Notes: generated from the sequence alone by a model not told the origin. A stretch of DNA of 58,275 nucleotides from an uncultured bacterium (GCA_964485475.1 CAZAKB010000003.1:1-58275), one strand, 5' to 3'. Shown: positions 1-10,222, counted from the first letter of the stretch. Program-made: numbers and translations.

Positions 1-175
1 ATTCATAACCTATTTCAAGAAAATTTATTTCAAATCTCTCTGATATTTCCAAGCAAATTTCTTTAAGACTTTTTCCAATATTTTCAGATATAATTCCTCT
101 TCGATATTTTAATGGAATAACCAAATGGTATAGAAAAAGTGTTTTATTATGCCTTTTATATACATGTTCACTCAT
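1..175 (-). CDS. tnpA: IS200/IS605-family Y1 transposase TnpA, 5' part (runs off window left edge)
   Basis: Not in the ORF track. Manual minus-strand translation from ATG at 175 gives MSEHVYKRHNKTLFLYHLVIPLKYRRGIISENIGKSLKEICLEISERFEINFLEIGYE, with the YHLV-x-P-x-KYRR motif of IS200 TnpA N-termini. Confidence 0.88.
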   Translation of the reverse strand, partial: MSEHVYKRHNKTLFLYHLVIPLKYRRGIISENIGKSLKEICLEISERFEINFLEIGYE

Positions 176-272
176 GTATGAAATGTACACTTTTTCAATG
201 CGTTATGAAAACCTTTGGTTTTCATACTTTCCTCTTTGACCCCGAGGCAAACCTAGGGAAATTCTTTGATTA
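1..272 (-). mobile_element. IS200-family insertion sequence, end upstream of tnpA
   Basis: tnpA 5' end plus an imperfect subterminal hairpin CCCCGAGG-CAAA-CCTAGGGA (~240-259) followed by AATTCTTTGATT, resembling IS200-type terminal hairpins. The exact boundary is approximate. Confidence 0.7.
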
Positions 273-360
273 AAAAACGGAGTTGGTCAATCATATAAAG
301 ATGAACAACAATAGTACTAAAGTACTTTCTAAAAAGATATTTCTTTTCTATTTTAATTTT

Positions 361-2292
361 ATGAGCAAAAATCACCAATTCGTTTTTATTGCGGTTTTTT
401 GTGTCATTCAAATTCTCAAGGTATCCGGTTTTGAAATTCGGGACGACTGGTATTATATCGATGGTGATAAGTACTTTATCAAAGGGCTTGGATATGAACC
501 CCATACGCGACCCGGTCAGACGCCCTGGGAATATCAGTTCAATGCCGCCACAATTCAAACAGATATGCAACATATTAACGCTGCAGGATTTAATACCATC
601 CGGACATGGGACGCATTATCCGAGGAGGAACTGCAGGTTGTGAATAGTTCTGGTCTGAAAATTCTAATGGGCATCTGGATTGATCCGCACGGCGCTTACG
701 GTGACCCGGTATTCATCAGTGATGCATTGAATTATGTTAACCGGATTCTGGATTATTCCAGGGATTTTGAATGCATTCTCGCTTATATTATCATGAATGA
801 ACCGCAGGTGGCCGATATTCTGAGCGGCGGAGCTGATGCTCTTGTCGACCTTTGGCAAAATATCATTTCACTGGTTCAGGACCGACATCCGGGCGTGCCG
901 GTGACATTTTCAAACACCGCTGTCGGAGATTATATTCGCAGTGACTTGTTCCAAATCTGCGCTTACAACCTCTACATCTATAATCCGGTACTTATCAGCA
1001 ACACTCACGGCTATACTGAATTTTGTCATATTATCAAAGAAAACCGGGCGGTTAATAAACCTTTTATCATCACCGAATTCGGATTATCGGTCTCGCCGGG
1101 AACTCCGGGTGATACCTATGGCTATGGCGGCAACACCCTCGAACAGCAGACAACCGGCAATCTGCTCATGTACCGTGGATTGATAGACGGCGGCGCACAG
1201 GGCGGTTGTGTTTTTCAGTATCATGATGGCTGGTGGAAAGCCGGCAATCCCGACAGTCACGATCCGAATCCTGAGGAATGGTTCGGGCTGAATGAATTTG
1301 ACAGCTATCCCACTTCCATATCAGGAACCGCGCGCCCGGTCTGGCAGGCTTTTAGTAAATACAACCAGGCCATTGTTTACCAGCCCCAAAATGGCGGCAT
1401 TTATCCTGAGAAAATACCTGTAGAATTATTTCTGACGGAAGCAGTCGATAATTTCACAGTATCTATTGACGACTCCATTATATTTACACAAAAGACACCA
1501 ACCCAATATTTTCAAGCAGAAATCCCGCTTTCCCATTCCTGCGATGTCGTTGATCTCCAGCCGGTTTTTCGTTTCTATGATAATCAGGACACTCTGCTCA
1601 AATTGGAAACCATCTCCATTCTCAGCGCTCCCGGACAAATCACATTGCCAACGCTTGCCATCCGTTCAATCCCGGAAGATGTAAACCAAGCCGGCACATT
1701 GCATCTCATAGCTGAACTGCTGATGGATTCCATCTTTTCAATAGAAAATAATCAGTTGGATTATGGGTACTTTCCCCATCTTGGTTTCCACCCCGGTGAA
1801 GCGCGACAGACGGAAATCCAATTGCAGTACAACCACTGGCAATTCACAGATAATTTCAGCATCACAAATGAAACTATGGTCGTGACACTGGGCGCTGGAT
1901 TGACCATGCACTTTGGCGCTTTTAGAAAACGGATTAGCGCCCAGAAAATTCTTTCCCGCGGTGATTGGGCGGCATCCATCGCTGCTGAAAATACTCTGGC
2001 ATTGGCAGGAGCAGCAGGTCCAAGCAAAACAAACTTTTACATTTTACCGAATTATCCAAACCCATTCAACGTGACCACCACCATCCGGTTTTTCACCCAA
2101 CAGACATCACCGGTAACTATTGCCGTTTTCAATATCATCGGTAAACAAACAGCATGCTGGCTATATCAGCCTGTTTCAGCTGGTTGGCAGAGCTATCACT
2201 GGAATGCCGAACACATGGCGACCGGGCCATATATGCTCCGCATCCAGTCTGGCGCAGCGATTGGCTTTCAGAAATTACTGATAATCAAATAG
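361..2292 (+). CDS. Secreted clan GH-A glycoside hydrolase (GH2-TIM/GH157/GH158-like) with T9SS-type C-terminal sorting domain
   Basis: YFIKGLGY, GFNTIRTW, acid/base IMNEP and nucleophile ITEFG motifs; C-terminal NYPNPFN...GPYMLRI...KLLIIK. Start moved from 283 to ATG 361, where a signal peptide begins. Exact family uncertain. Confidence 0.75.
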   Translation: MSKNHQFVFIAVFCVIQILKVSGFEIRDDWYYIDGDKYFIKGLGYEPHTRPGQTPWEYQFNAATIQTDMQHINAAGFNTIRTWDALSEEELQVVNSSGLKILMGIWIDPHGAYGDPVFISDALNYVNRILDYSRDFECILAYIIMNEPQVADILSGGADALVDLWQNIISLVQDRHPGVPVTFSNTAVGDYIRSDLFQICAYNLYIYNPVLISNTHGYTEFCHIIKENRAVNKPFIITEFGLSVSPGTPGDTYGYGGNTLEQQTTGNLLMYRGLIDGGAQGGCVFQYHDGWWKAGNPDSHDPNPEEWFGLNEFDSYPTSISGTARPVWQAFSKYNQAIVYQPQNGGIYPEKIPVELFLTEAVDNFTVSIDDSIIFTQKTPTQYFQAEIPLSHSCDVVDLQPVFRFYDNQDTLLKLETISILSAPGQITLPTLAIRSIPEDVNQAGTLHLIAELLMDSIFSIENNQLDYGYFPHLGFHPGEARQTEIQLQYNHWQFTDNFSITNETMVVTLGAGLTMHFGAFRKRISAQKILSRGDWAASIAAENTLALAGAAGPSKTNFYILPNYPNPFNVTTTIRFFTQQTSPVTIAVFNIIGKQTACWLYQPVSAGWQSYHWNAEHMATGPYMLRIQSGAAIGFQKLLIIK

Positions 2293-2306
2293 ACCTTCTT
2301 TTGCTC

Positions 2307-2343
2307 TTGCAATTATGATAACCCCGGCTTATCGTTTTAATAA
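2307..2343. promoter_or_regulatory. Tandem palindromic putative activator (UAS) sites
   Basis: TTGCAATTATGATAA (2307-2321) and TTATCGTTTTAATAA (2329-2343), 22-bp period, ~120 bp upstream of the -24 element at 2461. Confidence 0.7.
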
Positions 2344-2459
2344 TTTCTGGCTGCCAACGATTATAAATTATTTCCATATTCCGTTCTATCTAAAGATTTT
2401 TTCATCGTGATATTTTTTAAAAAATGGAAGGGTGCCTGATTGTCCCGCTGATAAGTATC

Positions 2460-2475
2460 TGGCTTAGTTTTTGTC
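2460..2475 (+). promoter_or_regulatory. Putative sigma54 -24/-12 promoter
   Basis: TGGCTTAGTTTTTGTC (GG-N10-GT), 15/16 identical to the element upstream of the second SSS gene. Confidence 0.72.
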
Positions 2476-2593
2476 TATAAAATGGCGATATGTGTATCTA
2501 TTTTCAAAAACTCAGGAATCCGGGATTTTTGACCTATGAGTTTTCAGTGCAGTTTTTTTTGTCACCGGTGCATCAAATTAGAAAGGGTGAGAA

Positions 2594-4159
2594 ATGAATT
2601 TTTCAATAGTTGATTATGTGGTTTTTATTGGGTATATCCTGTTTATTATCGGGCTGGGACTCTGGGTTTCCCGTGAAAAAAAGGGACATCAAAAGGATTC
2701 CAGCGATTATTTCCTGGCCAGCAAATCCCTGCCATGGTGGGCAATTGGCGCCTCACTGATTGCGGCCAACATTTCAGCTGAGCAATTCATCGGCATGTCT
2801 GGGTCCGGATACGTCATTGGTTTGGGTATCGCCACCTACGAATGGACTGCTGCAATTGCACTGATTGTGATAGCTAAATTCTTTTTGCCGATTTTTCTAA
2901 AAGAAGGTATTTATACCATGCCGCAATTGCTGGAAATCCGCTATGACCGGCGTGTACGAACCGGGCTGGCAGTGTTCTGGCTGCTGCTCTATATTTTCGT
3001 AAATCTGACCTCGGTTCTCTATCTTGGTGCCCTGGCCCTGCGGACAATTATGGGCATTCAGCTAATGTATGGAATTATAGGCCTGGCGGTTTTCTCGGCG
3101 CTGTATACAATCTATGGCGGCTTGAAAGCAGTCGCCTGGACAGACGTTGTGCAAGTTACAGTTTTGATAGTCGGCGGCCTGGTAACAACCTTTTTTGCCC
3201 TGAATGCTGTCAGCGGTGGTGAAGGTTTTTTGAGGGGTTTTGCCGATTTGATTCATCAGGCGCCAGAAAAATTTGACATGATTCTGGACAAGTCTAATCC
3301 CAATTTCAAGGAATTGCCCGGGTTGGGTGTGCTGCTGGGCGGAATGTGGATGGCACATTTCTTCTACTGGGGCTGCAATCAGTACATCACTCAGCGGGCA
3401 CTGGCGGCAAAAAACATCAAAGAAGCCCAGCGCGGCCTGATGTTTGGCGGGTATCTGAAAATCCTCACCCCGTTGATTGTGGTCATTCCCGGTATCGTGG
3501 CATTCGCCTTAAAAGCCGATATCGTCAAGCCGGATGAAGCCTATCCCTGGTTGCTGAGCAACTTTGTGCCCATGGGACTGAAGGGCCTGGCATTTGCCGC
3601 ACTTATTGCCGCTATTGTTTCGTCACTGAGTTCCATGGTCAACAGCACGGCAACAATTTTTTCCATGGATATTTACAAACAGATTATTAAAAAGGATGCT
3701 TCCGAATCCCAGTTGGTGCTCACCGGCCGGATTGGCAGCGCCGTAGCGTTGATTATCGCGGTACTGATTGCACCAACGCTCACGTCACTGGAGCAGGCGT
3801 TTCAATTCATCCAAGAATTCACCGGTTTTATCAGTCCCGGAATTTTCGCGATTTTCATTTTCGGACTTTTCTGGAAAAAGGCCACAGCCAATTCCGCGCT
3901 CTGGGCTGCGGTCCTGACCATTCCGTTATCTCTTGGAATAAAAGCACTGATACCCACATTGCCGTTTTTGAACCGTATGGGCATAGTCTTTGTCATTCTC
4001 AGTATAATTGTGATTGCCATTACCCTGGTGGAATCCCGGGCAGATGATCCGAAAGCGATAAAAATCGAGAAAGGTCTGTTTCATACCGAGACGATTTTTA
4101 ATGTCGGTTCTATTGGAATATGCGCTATTCTGGCGGTTTTCTATATACTTTTTTGGTAG
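2594..4159 (+). CDS. Sodium:solute symporter (SSS/SLC5, sodium/glucose cotransporter-like)
   Basis: DYFLASKSLPWWAIGASLIAANISAEQFIGMSGSG, YGGLKAVAWTD and NQYITQRALAA motifs; many hydrophobic helices. Confidence 0.95.
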   Translation: MNFSIVDYVVFIGYILFIIGLGLWVSREKKGHQKDSSDYFLASKSLPWWAIGASLIAANISAEQFIGMSGSGYVIGLGIATYEWTAAIALIVIAKFFLPIFLKEGIYTMPQLLEIRYDRRVRTGLAVFWLLLYIFVNLTSVLYLGALALRTIMGIQLMYGIIGLAVFSALYTIYGGLKAVAWTDVVQVTVLIVGGLVTTFFALNAVSGGEGFLRGFADLIHQAPEKFDMILDKSNPNFKELPGLGVLLGGMWMAHFFYWGCNQYITQRALAAKNIKEAQRGLMFGGYLKILTPLIVVIPGIVAFALKADIVKPDEAYPWLLSNFVPMGLKGLAFAALIAAIVSSLSSMVNSTATIFSMDIYKQIIKKDASESQLVLTGRIGSAVALIIAVLIAPTLTSLEQAFQFIQEFTGFISPGIFAIFIFGLFWKKATANSALWAAVLTIPLSLGIKALIPTLPFLNRMGIVFVILSIIVIAITLVESRADDPKAIKIEKGLFHTETIFNVGSIGICAILAVFYILFW

Positions 4160-4234
4160 TCAATGTCTCTTTTTAAAAGACGTTATCTGGCCATGTCCGC
4201 GAGACATTTTATGCTTTTAAATTGGATAAAATCA

Positions 4235-5275
4235 ATGCAGATGATTAAACTAATGTTATCATTAACTATCGCAGCCATGCTGACGTTTTGCGGAACCGAT
4301 ACCGTGAATGAAAAAGAGACACCTGAAGCAATTGACATTGACCCCTTCGAGATTAACAGCCGGATGTATCCCGGTATTAATCTGGGCAATGCCCTGGAAG
4401 CACCTGAAGAGGGCGACTGGGGTGTTACCATTCAGGATGATTATTTTCAAATAATCAAAAATGCCGGCTTCAATCACGTCCGAATTCCCATACGATGGTC
4501 CACCCACGCCGCAATCGACACTCCTTACACGATTGATGTTCTGTTTTTAAATCGCGTAAAACAAGTCATTGACATTGCACTCGCCAGTAATCTATACACG
4601 GTCATCAATATTCACCATTATGAAGAGATTTTTCAAAATCCCGCAGGGCACAAAGACCGGTTTTTGACACTATGGCAACAGATAGGCACCAATTTCCGGG
4701 ATTATCCTTCAAGTCTTGTATTTGAAATTTTGAACGAGCCGCATGATAATTTTACACCGGAGTTCTGGAATCAGTATTTCCCTGAAGCGCTGGACATCAT
4801 CCGGGAAACCAATCCCAACCGCACGGTGATTATTGGAACTGCCGGCTGGGGCGGCATCAGCGCGCTGGAACAACTTCAATTGCCGGCTGATGATGAAAAC
4901 CTGATTGTGACCATTCATTATTACGAACCGTTCACTTTCACCCACCAGGGGGCAGAATGGGTCGCCGGGGCCGACGCCTGGCTGGGAACAACCTGGTCCG
5001 CCACATTGAATCAGGTGACCGATATGAAAAACCATTTTGACCAGATCAAAGCCTGGGCCGATGGACACAACCGTCCGGTATATCTGGGTGAATTCGGCGC
5101 TTACGGTCGGGCAGACATCGAATCTCGGCGGTTATGGACTGGCCATATCGTCAGCCAGTGCCGGCAGCATAATTTCAGCTGGGCATATTGGGAATTTTGT
5201 TCGGGGTTCGGAGCATGGGACCCGAATTCCAGAACCTGGCACGAATTATTGCTCCAGGCCCTGATCCAGGACTGA
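4235..5275 (+). CDS. GH5 endoglucanase (Thermotoga Cel5A/GH5_25-like), probable lipoprotein
   Basis: GINLGNALEAP.EG.WG, RIPIRW, INIHHY, FEILNEP, HYY.PF.FTHQGA.W, LGEFG and WAYWEF motifs; lipobox-like LTFC. ORF track start is 4163; ATG 4235 is preferred. Confidence 0.9.
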   Translation: MQMIKLMLSLTIAAMLTFCGTDTVNEKETPEAIDIDPFEINSRMYPGINLGNALEAPEEGDWGVTIQDDYFQIIKNAGFNHVRIPIRWSTHAAIDTPYTIDVLFLNRVKQVIDIALASNLYTVINIHHYEEIFQNPAGHKDRFLTLWQQIGTNFRDYPSSLVFEILNEPHDNFTPEFWNQYFPEALDIIRETNPNRTVIIGTAGWGGISALEQLQLPADDENLIVTIHYYEPFTFTHQGAEWVAGADAWLGTTWSATLNQVTDMKNHFDQIKAWADGHNRPVYLGEFGAYGRADIESRRLWTGHIVSQCRQHNFSWAYWEFCSGFGAWDPNSRTWHELLLQALIQD

Positions 5276-5277
5276 TT

Positions 5278-7257
5278 CTATTTCAGGTAAAGCATTGGCT
5301 TGACCGTTTGCTGATCAGAATTCATATTCAGTTGATAAAAGTAGACACCGGCACCAACCTGTCTACCCCAGGCGTTTGTTCCATCCCAAATGATGTTTGT
5401 CAATCCGGCAGGTAACTTCCCGGAAACCAGATCCGTAACCCGTGCGCCTTTCATATCAAACACAGTCATTTGAATCTCGGTCGGCCGGGTTAAAATGACC
5501 GGTATGGTTGTACGGCTGTTGAACGGATTGGGGTAATTTTTTCCAATGTATAAGTATGATGTAACTTTTTCGATAATGGAATTATCCAGAAGTGAAAAAC
5601 TCATTTTTCGGAGATTAAAACCCCCTCTGATAAAATTCAATCTCATGCTGTGGGTCCCACGTGGCAGTTCGACAGAATCTTCGGTTATCGTCTGCCAGTT
5701 ATCCCAACCTCCCGTATTTGGGAGATTTAATGATTGGATAATGACCTGATCATCGATCAATACCTGCACCTGTCCGTTGGTTGATGTACTTGCAATCTGA
5801 AAGCTGATATTGTATTTACCATCATAGGCAATTTCTGCAGTATATTTCACCCATTCATTATCTTCAATCCAACCGATATTATAAAACCCATCTTTTTCCT
5901 CAATGTCAACGCCATCGTTCCGATAAGTATAGCCAAGATTCCAGGGTTGATTTACATCCCAACGGATTCTTTTATACTCTGTATCGAAATAAGCCACTCC
6001 ATTAGTACCCAGATCATAATTCACTGCTTCAATCGCTCCGGGAATAACGTTTATTGCATAGGGCTTCGACACCGACCCAAACTCCGGATCAGTGATTGCA
6101 GCAATTACATCGGGTCGATAAATACAATTTTCGAGTTTCAAATTATTGGCCATCTCAGTCAGGGCTGCAAGTGCAAATGACTGTGACGGTTTGGCGGTAT
6201 TGCCACTCCAATAGTCGATAATCTCTTGATATTCAGGTGCTATTATCGCCGATAACGGGCTAGTCACGGTATCGAATTTTTTATGAGCCCACCAATTCCA
6301 GCCGATATCCTGCTGATCCATTAATTTGACAGTCTCGCAGAACCAGGGATTGGAGTTCTCACCGGTTTCGCCCAGCCAGAGCGGTGTAATGGTCTGAGTG
6401 CGCAGGCTCCGGTATTGTTGGATAGAACCGATATCGGTTTCACTCCAGTACTTGTGAAACGCCCAGACCAGATTACTGTCAAATCGAGGAGACAGACCCG
6501 AAAAATCTGTGGCATACCAATTCCCTTCTATAAAGACAATATGATTATCATCGACTTCCCGGACGGCATGAGTGAGCCGCACAAAGAAAGCCCGAAAGTC
6601 CGCTGTACTATAACCGTTCGGCAGCACCGGCTCATTCAACAGATCATAACCAATAATCCACTCTTCATCTTTATATCGTTCGGCAATCCGTTTCCAGATT
6701 TCCACGGTTCTATCCTGGTTTGCCGTTTCGGTCCAGAGTTTTGCTTCACCATCACTGTCACTGATATTTCCGGCGTTTTGACCGCCGGGTGCACAGTGCA
6801 TATCGAGAATAACGTAGAGGTTATTCCGCTTACACCAGACCAACAGCGTATCGATAATATCAAATCCGTCTTCAATAAACACATCTGGTGAATCGATTGG
6901 TGAAAAGAACTCATAATGAAATGGCAACCGAATATGGTTGAAACCCCATTCCGCAATCAACTCTATATCCGCTTCAGCAACATAGTTTTTCCGGTAGAGT
7001 TCAAAGAATTTATCAGCCTCTTCTTCGCCAATCACATCAATGATCTGGTTCCTGATGGATGATGGTGAACCGTAGCCGGGTGTATGCAGCATATACCCTT
7101 CCGGAACCAGCCAGCCGCCCAGGCCGTAACCCTTCAGAATAAATTGATTTCCATCAGGATCAACAATATCAAAGCCGAGGGTTTTAAAAAATCCAGCCTG
7201 AAGAATGCTCCAATTCAATAATAGCGCCGGAATGATAATACGCAATAAAATCTTCAT
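5278..7257 (-). CDS. GH5 (GH5_46-like) glucanase + CBM6 + T9SS-type sorting domain
   Basis: LKGYGLGGWLVPEGYM, ILDMHCAPGGQ, YDLLNEP and WLGETGEN motifs; CBM6-like IGWIEDNEWVKY...PNTGGWDNWQT; NYPNPFN. ATG at 7257 overlaps the upstream stop (ATGA). Confidence 0.9.
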   Translation of the reverse strand: MKILLRIIIPALLLNWSILQAGFFKTLGFDIVDPDGNQFILKGYGLGGWLVPEGYMLHTPGYGSPSSIRNQIIDVIGEEEADKFFELYRKNYVAEADIELIAEWGFNHIRLPFHYEFFSPIDSPDVFIEDGFDIIDTLLVWCKRNNLYVILDMHCAPGGQNAGNISDSDGEAKLWTETANQDRTVEIWKRIAERYKDEEWIIGYDLLNEPVLPNGYSTADFRAFFVRLTHAVREVDDNHIVFIEGNWYATDFSGLSPRFDSNLVWAFHKYWSETDIGSIQQYRSLRTQTITPLWLGETGENSNPWFCETVKLMDQQDIGWNWWAHKKFDTVTSPLSAIIAPEYQEIIDYWSGNTAKPSQSFALAALTEMANNLKLENCIYRPDVIAAITDPEFGSVSKPYAINVIPGAIEAVNYDLGTNGVAYFDTEYKRIRWDVNQPWNLGYTYRNDGVDIEEKDGFYNIGWIEDNEWVKYTAEIAYDGKYNISFQIASTSTNGQVQVLIDDQVIIQSLNLPNTGGWDNWQTITEDSVELPRGTHSMRLNFIRGGFNLRKMSFSLLDNSIIEKVTSYLYIGKNYPNPFNSRTTIPVILTRPTEIQMTVFDMKGARVTDLVSGKLPAGLTNIIWDGTNAWGRQVGAGVYFYQLNMNSDQQTVKPMLYLK

Positions 7258-10199
7258 CGCAAAAACAGGCACTTTCCAGTAAATTCCCGGTTATCCCAGG
7301 CCAACCGGACAAAATAAACGCCTGAGGCGACCATCTCGCCGGTAGAATCCCGGCCTTCCCAGATAAACCGGTGGCTGCCGGAATTCAATCTTTTCTGTAA
7401 GGAATACACCCGCCGCCCGTTTAAATCATAAATTGACAATGTGGCCTGTTTTTCTGATGGTAATAAAAATTCAATCACCGTTTGGGAGTTGAAAGGATTC
7501 GGATAAATCCGTTGCAAACCGAATTCGTGCGGTACCAGATTTGACTTCACCCAGTTTTCTTCAATCAAATCGCCAAATGCTTCGATTCCGAACCAAACAG
7601 TGGGTGTTTGGGTCTGATCCAGCAATATCCTGAAACGGCCATTTTCCTGGTGAAAAACAACCTGTGGAAGACCCCTCTCGGCACCAACGCTATCTAAAGG
7701 AAAAACATAGAGTGAATCGGCATTGACATTCAATTCAACATACACAATGACCGGTGCAATTTCCGTCGGCGCTTGGCCCCAGTTATTGTGAAATGTAAAA
7801 ATATCATCCCAGATCATATTCTGATTCTGAATTCGGGTTGACACCGTGATCATGGATTTTCTGGAAATATTCAAAGGTCGATCTTCCAAGGATATCCAGG
7901 TTAGTGTCGCAACATTGCCGGCGCCGAGCAACTCCAAGTCACCAACGGTATAATTTGTATAGTCATGCAGCCAGCCGGAGAGTCCGATGAACTTTGGAGT
8001 CTTTACGGTAAACAAATCGTAATCCCAGGTCAGCTCGTCGGTATCTGTTGAGACAGGGAACGAAGGATCGAATTCAACCGGATTTACCCACTGTAACGCC
8101 TCAAAGGTCTCAATTCTGAGCGCATGTTTCAGCGCAAGATTCTGGGCAATCGGAAAATACCCTGTCCACGAACCGCCATCGTTTTTAGGTGCCAGCAGAA
8201 TATTGTCAGGACTATAACCTATGGTCAGCATTTCTTCGGCGGGACGGATATACCCTTTCCTAAAAGCCCGGGCACAGGCCGGCAACAGCGCCATTATTAC
8301 CGTATTGCGATGAATACTGAAATAACTACTGATAAAATCCGACTCCCAGTCGTCCGCCGAACCACTATTGTAATCGAACAGTATTAAAGCGTCTATATCG
8401 TGAAATCCTGCGTAGGCTGCGGCCATCAGAACACCTTCACTTTGAAAACGGTTCGGGAATGGATGGTTGTATTCACTGACCGTAAAAGGTTTGCCTAAAA
8501 CTGGAACACCGCCAAACAATGAACTGATGGTTCCGCCGGATTCACTTGTCAGCATAGAAGTATTGTTAATTTTCCAGTCAGTGCTTGACCAAGGCGTATT
8601 CGGGAATTGCGGATGGTCCCAGTAGGCGTGATTATCCAGGTAGTCCAGCCGGGACTGGGTCACTAAATCCCCGATGCCGACATTCCAGTTTGTGCCGGTT
8701 ATTGGAACACGGACACCAAGTTCATCCTTTAGGAATGTGGCCATTTCATCAAAAAAACGATTCTGCAATTCAATGTAGAATTGCGAAATATCACGTACCC
8801 GCTGATTGGAAAACTGCAAACATTCATTGTATCCTGTCCGGCGAACCGACTGGTCTTCCAGTGATTCTGAAGCCGTTAAACCGATAATAATATTATTGCC
8901 AAACGACACATTATCAAACCAATAAGAACCAGTAGAGACACCCAGATTAAAGGACAGGCGGGTATCGCCCACACAGGTCTCAGGTGCACGAAAAGCGAAT
9001 TGATACTCCTGCCATTCAGTACTTAGTGTAAAATTCTTTCCGGCATAATAGGTCCAGGGACTGGAATTTTTTTGAATAGCTAATCCAACTTCCCGATTCG
9101 CATCGGCGCGAGCAACAAAAGTGATAATATAAATGGAATCCATGGATATCGTCAGGGCTGACTGTTTCCATTGCAGATACCAACTTTCATCGCCCGGTTG
9201 CAGAACTGTCACACGGGCACAGCGTTCGCCTTCCCAGACATCTCCGACCAGAGTCATCAGCCCGTTGGCAGAATTATGCATTTCAAGTTCCCAGTGACCT
9301 TCCAAGGGCAAGGTCTCAAAACCCCCATCAGCAATTTGATTTATATACCGAGAAGAATCCAATTGGGCATTCCAAACCGACCGCAAAGTTGTCGTGTTTC
9401 CATATTTATTCACCAGGAATTCCGACCAGAGAGTGTCCAACAATTTTGAGTGGTGGCGGGTCAGTTTGCCGCCATCGCCAAAGGATTTTAGCATATCTTC
9501 CCGCCACATACGATACAATGAATTTTCATTGACGATTTCGACCATTGTCATTACCGGGTCACCCACTAGAGCCAGTCCTGTATAGGGATTGACATGCGTC
9601 AATAGTTGCCGGGCATATTCTTTTTGCAGTATTATTAAATCCGGATCAAATAAATTGACGCCCTTTCCAAAATCAAGCAACGAATCAGCATCAATTATTC
9701 CGTCAGATGCTTTAACTGTACGAGAACAATGCAGATTGATATTGGCGTATATGCCATTCGATTTCAATGCCTGAATCAAATATTCAAAACGATCCAGTGT
9801 CACTGGATTAAGATGGCGGGTATCCTGACCCCATTCAAACAAACTTTGACTGCTCCAGGGATTGTCCATGTGATGGAAACGGACAAGATTGATGCCCATT
9901 TTTCTCATCCGGCCGGCAATGAATCCAGCCTTGGACTTTACCGGAAATGCACCGTCGGCCGCTAGATTCACTCCCCAAAAACGCACACGCCGACCTTTAA
10001 TTCCAAAGTGACCGTCACCAGTGGTTGTGACAAATTCATCAGCCTGAATAGGACTATCTGTAAATTGTGGTAGAAATTTTTGGGTTGTCGTATCATCGGC
10101 CGGCAAATAAAAGGAGAAGCCTTTCTCAAAATTTTGGCCGTACCCATTTATTAGCCAGCACAATAGTATAAATATTAAGGGAAAGTATAATTTTTTCAT
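7254..10199 (-). CDS. GH148-like beta-glucanase with a CBM4/9-like module inserted in the catalytic domain + sorting domain
   Basis: RFWGVNL, INLVRFHHMD and EIVNENS (acid/base), then a CBM4/9-like insert (IADGGFE...TLSTEWQEYQFAF), then DNHAYWDHP and TVSEYNH (nucleophile); IYPNPFN CTD. The split architecture matches that described for GH148. Confidence 0.75.
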   Translation of the reverse strand: MKKLYFPLIFILLCWLINGYGQNFEKGFSFYLPADDTTTQKFLPQFTDSPIQADEFVTTTGDGHFGIKGRRVRFWGVNLAADGAFPVKSKAGFIAGRMRKMGINLVRFHHMDNPWSSQSLFEWGQDTRHLNPVTLDRFEYLIQALKSNGIYANINLHCSRTVKASDGIIDADSLLDFGKGVNLFDPDLIILQKEYARQLLTHVNPYTGLALVGDPVMTMVEIVNENSLYRMWREDMLKSFGDGGKLTRHHSKLLDTLWSEFLVNKYGNTTTLRSVWNAQLDSSRYINQIADGGFETLPLEGHWELEMHNSANGLMTLVGDVWEGERCARVTVLQPGDESWYLQWKQSALTISMDSIYIITFVARADANREVGLAIQKNSSPWTYYAGKNFTLSTEWQEYQFAFRAPETCVGDTRLSFNLGVSTGSYWFDNVSFGNNIIIGLTASESLEDQSVRRTGYNECLQFSNQRVRDISQFYIELQNRFFDEMATFLKDELGVRVPITGTNWNVGIGDLVTQSRLDYLDNHAYWDHPQFPNTPWSSTDWKINNTSMLTSESGGTISSLFGGVPVLGKPFTVSEYNHPFPNRFQSEGVLMAAAYAGFHDIDALILFDYNSGSADDWESDFISSYFSIHRNTVIMALLPACARAFRKGYIRPAEEMLTIGYSPDNILLAPKNDGGSWTGYFPIAQNLALKHALRIETFEALQWVNPVEFDPSFPVSTDTDELTWDYDLFTVKTPKFIGLSGWLHDYTNYTVGDLELLGAGNVATLTWISLEDRPLNISRKSMITVSTRIQNQNMIWDDIFTFHNNWGQAPTEIAPVIVYVELNVNADSLYVFPLDSVGAERGLPQVVFHQENGRFRILLDQTQTPTVWFGIEAFGDLIEENWVKSNLVPHEFGLQRIYPNPFNSQTVIEFLLPSEKQATLSIYDLNGRRVYSLQKRLNSGSHRFIWEGRDSTGEMVASGVYFVRLAWDNREFTGKCLFLR

Positions 10200-10222
10200 G
10201 GGTTCAAGTCCCTGCTACTCTT

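Noticed and set aside
126-141. TGGTATAGAAAAAGTG as a sigma54 promoter for the first gene
   Set aside because: It lies inside the transposase coding region, lacks the T-rich -12 run and has no UAS pair.
253-573. Minus-strand 106-aa ORF and the 283-360 N-terminal extension of the first GH
   Set aside because: The ORF is antisense to a well-supported gene. The extension abuts the IS end and precedes the real signal peptide.
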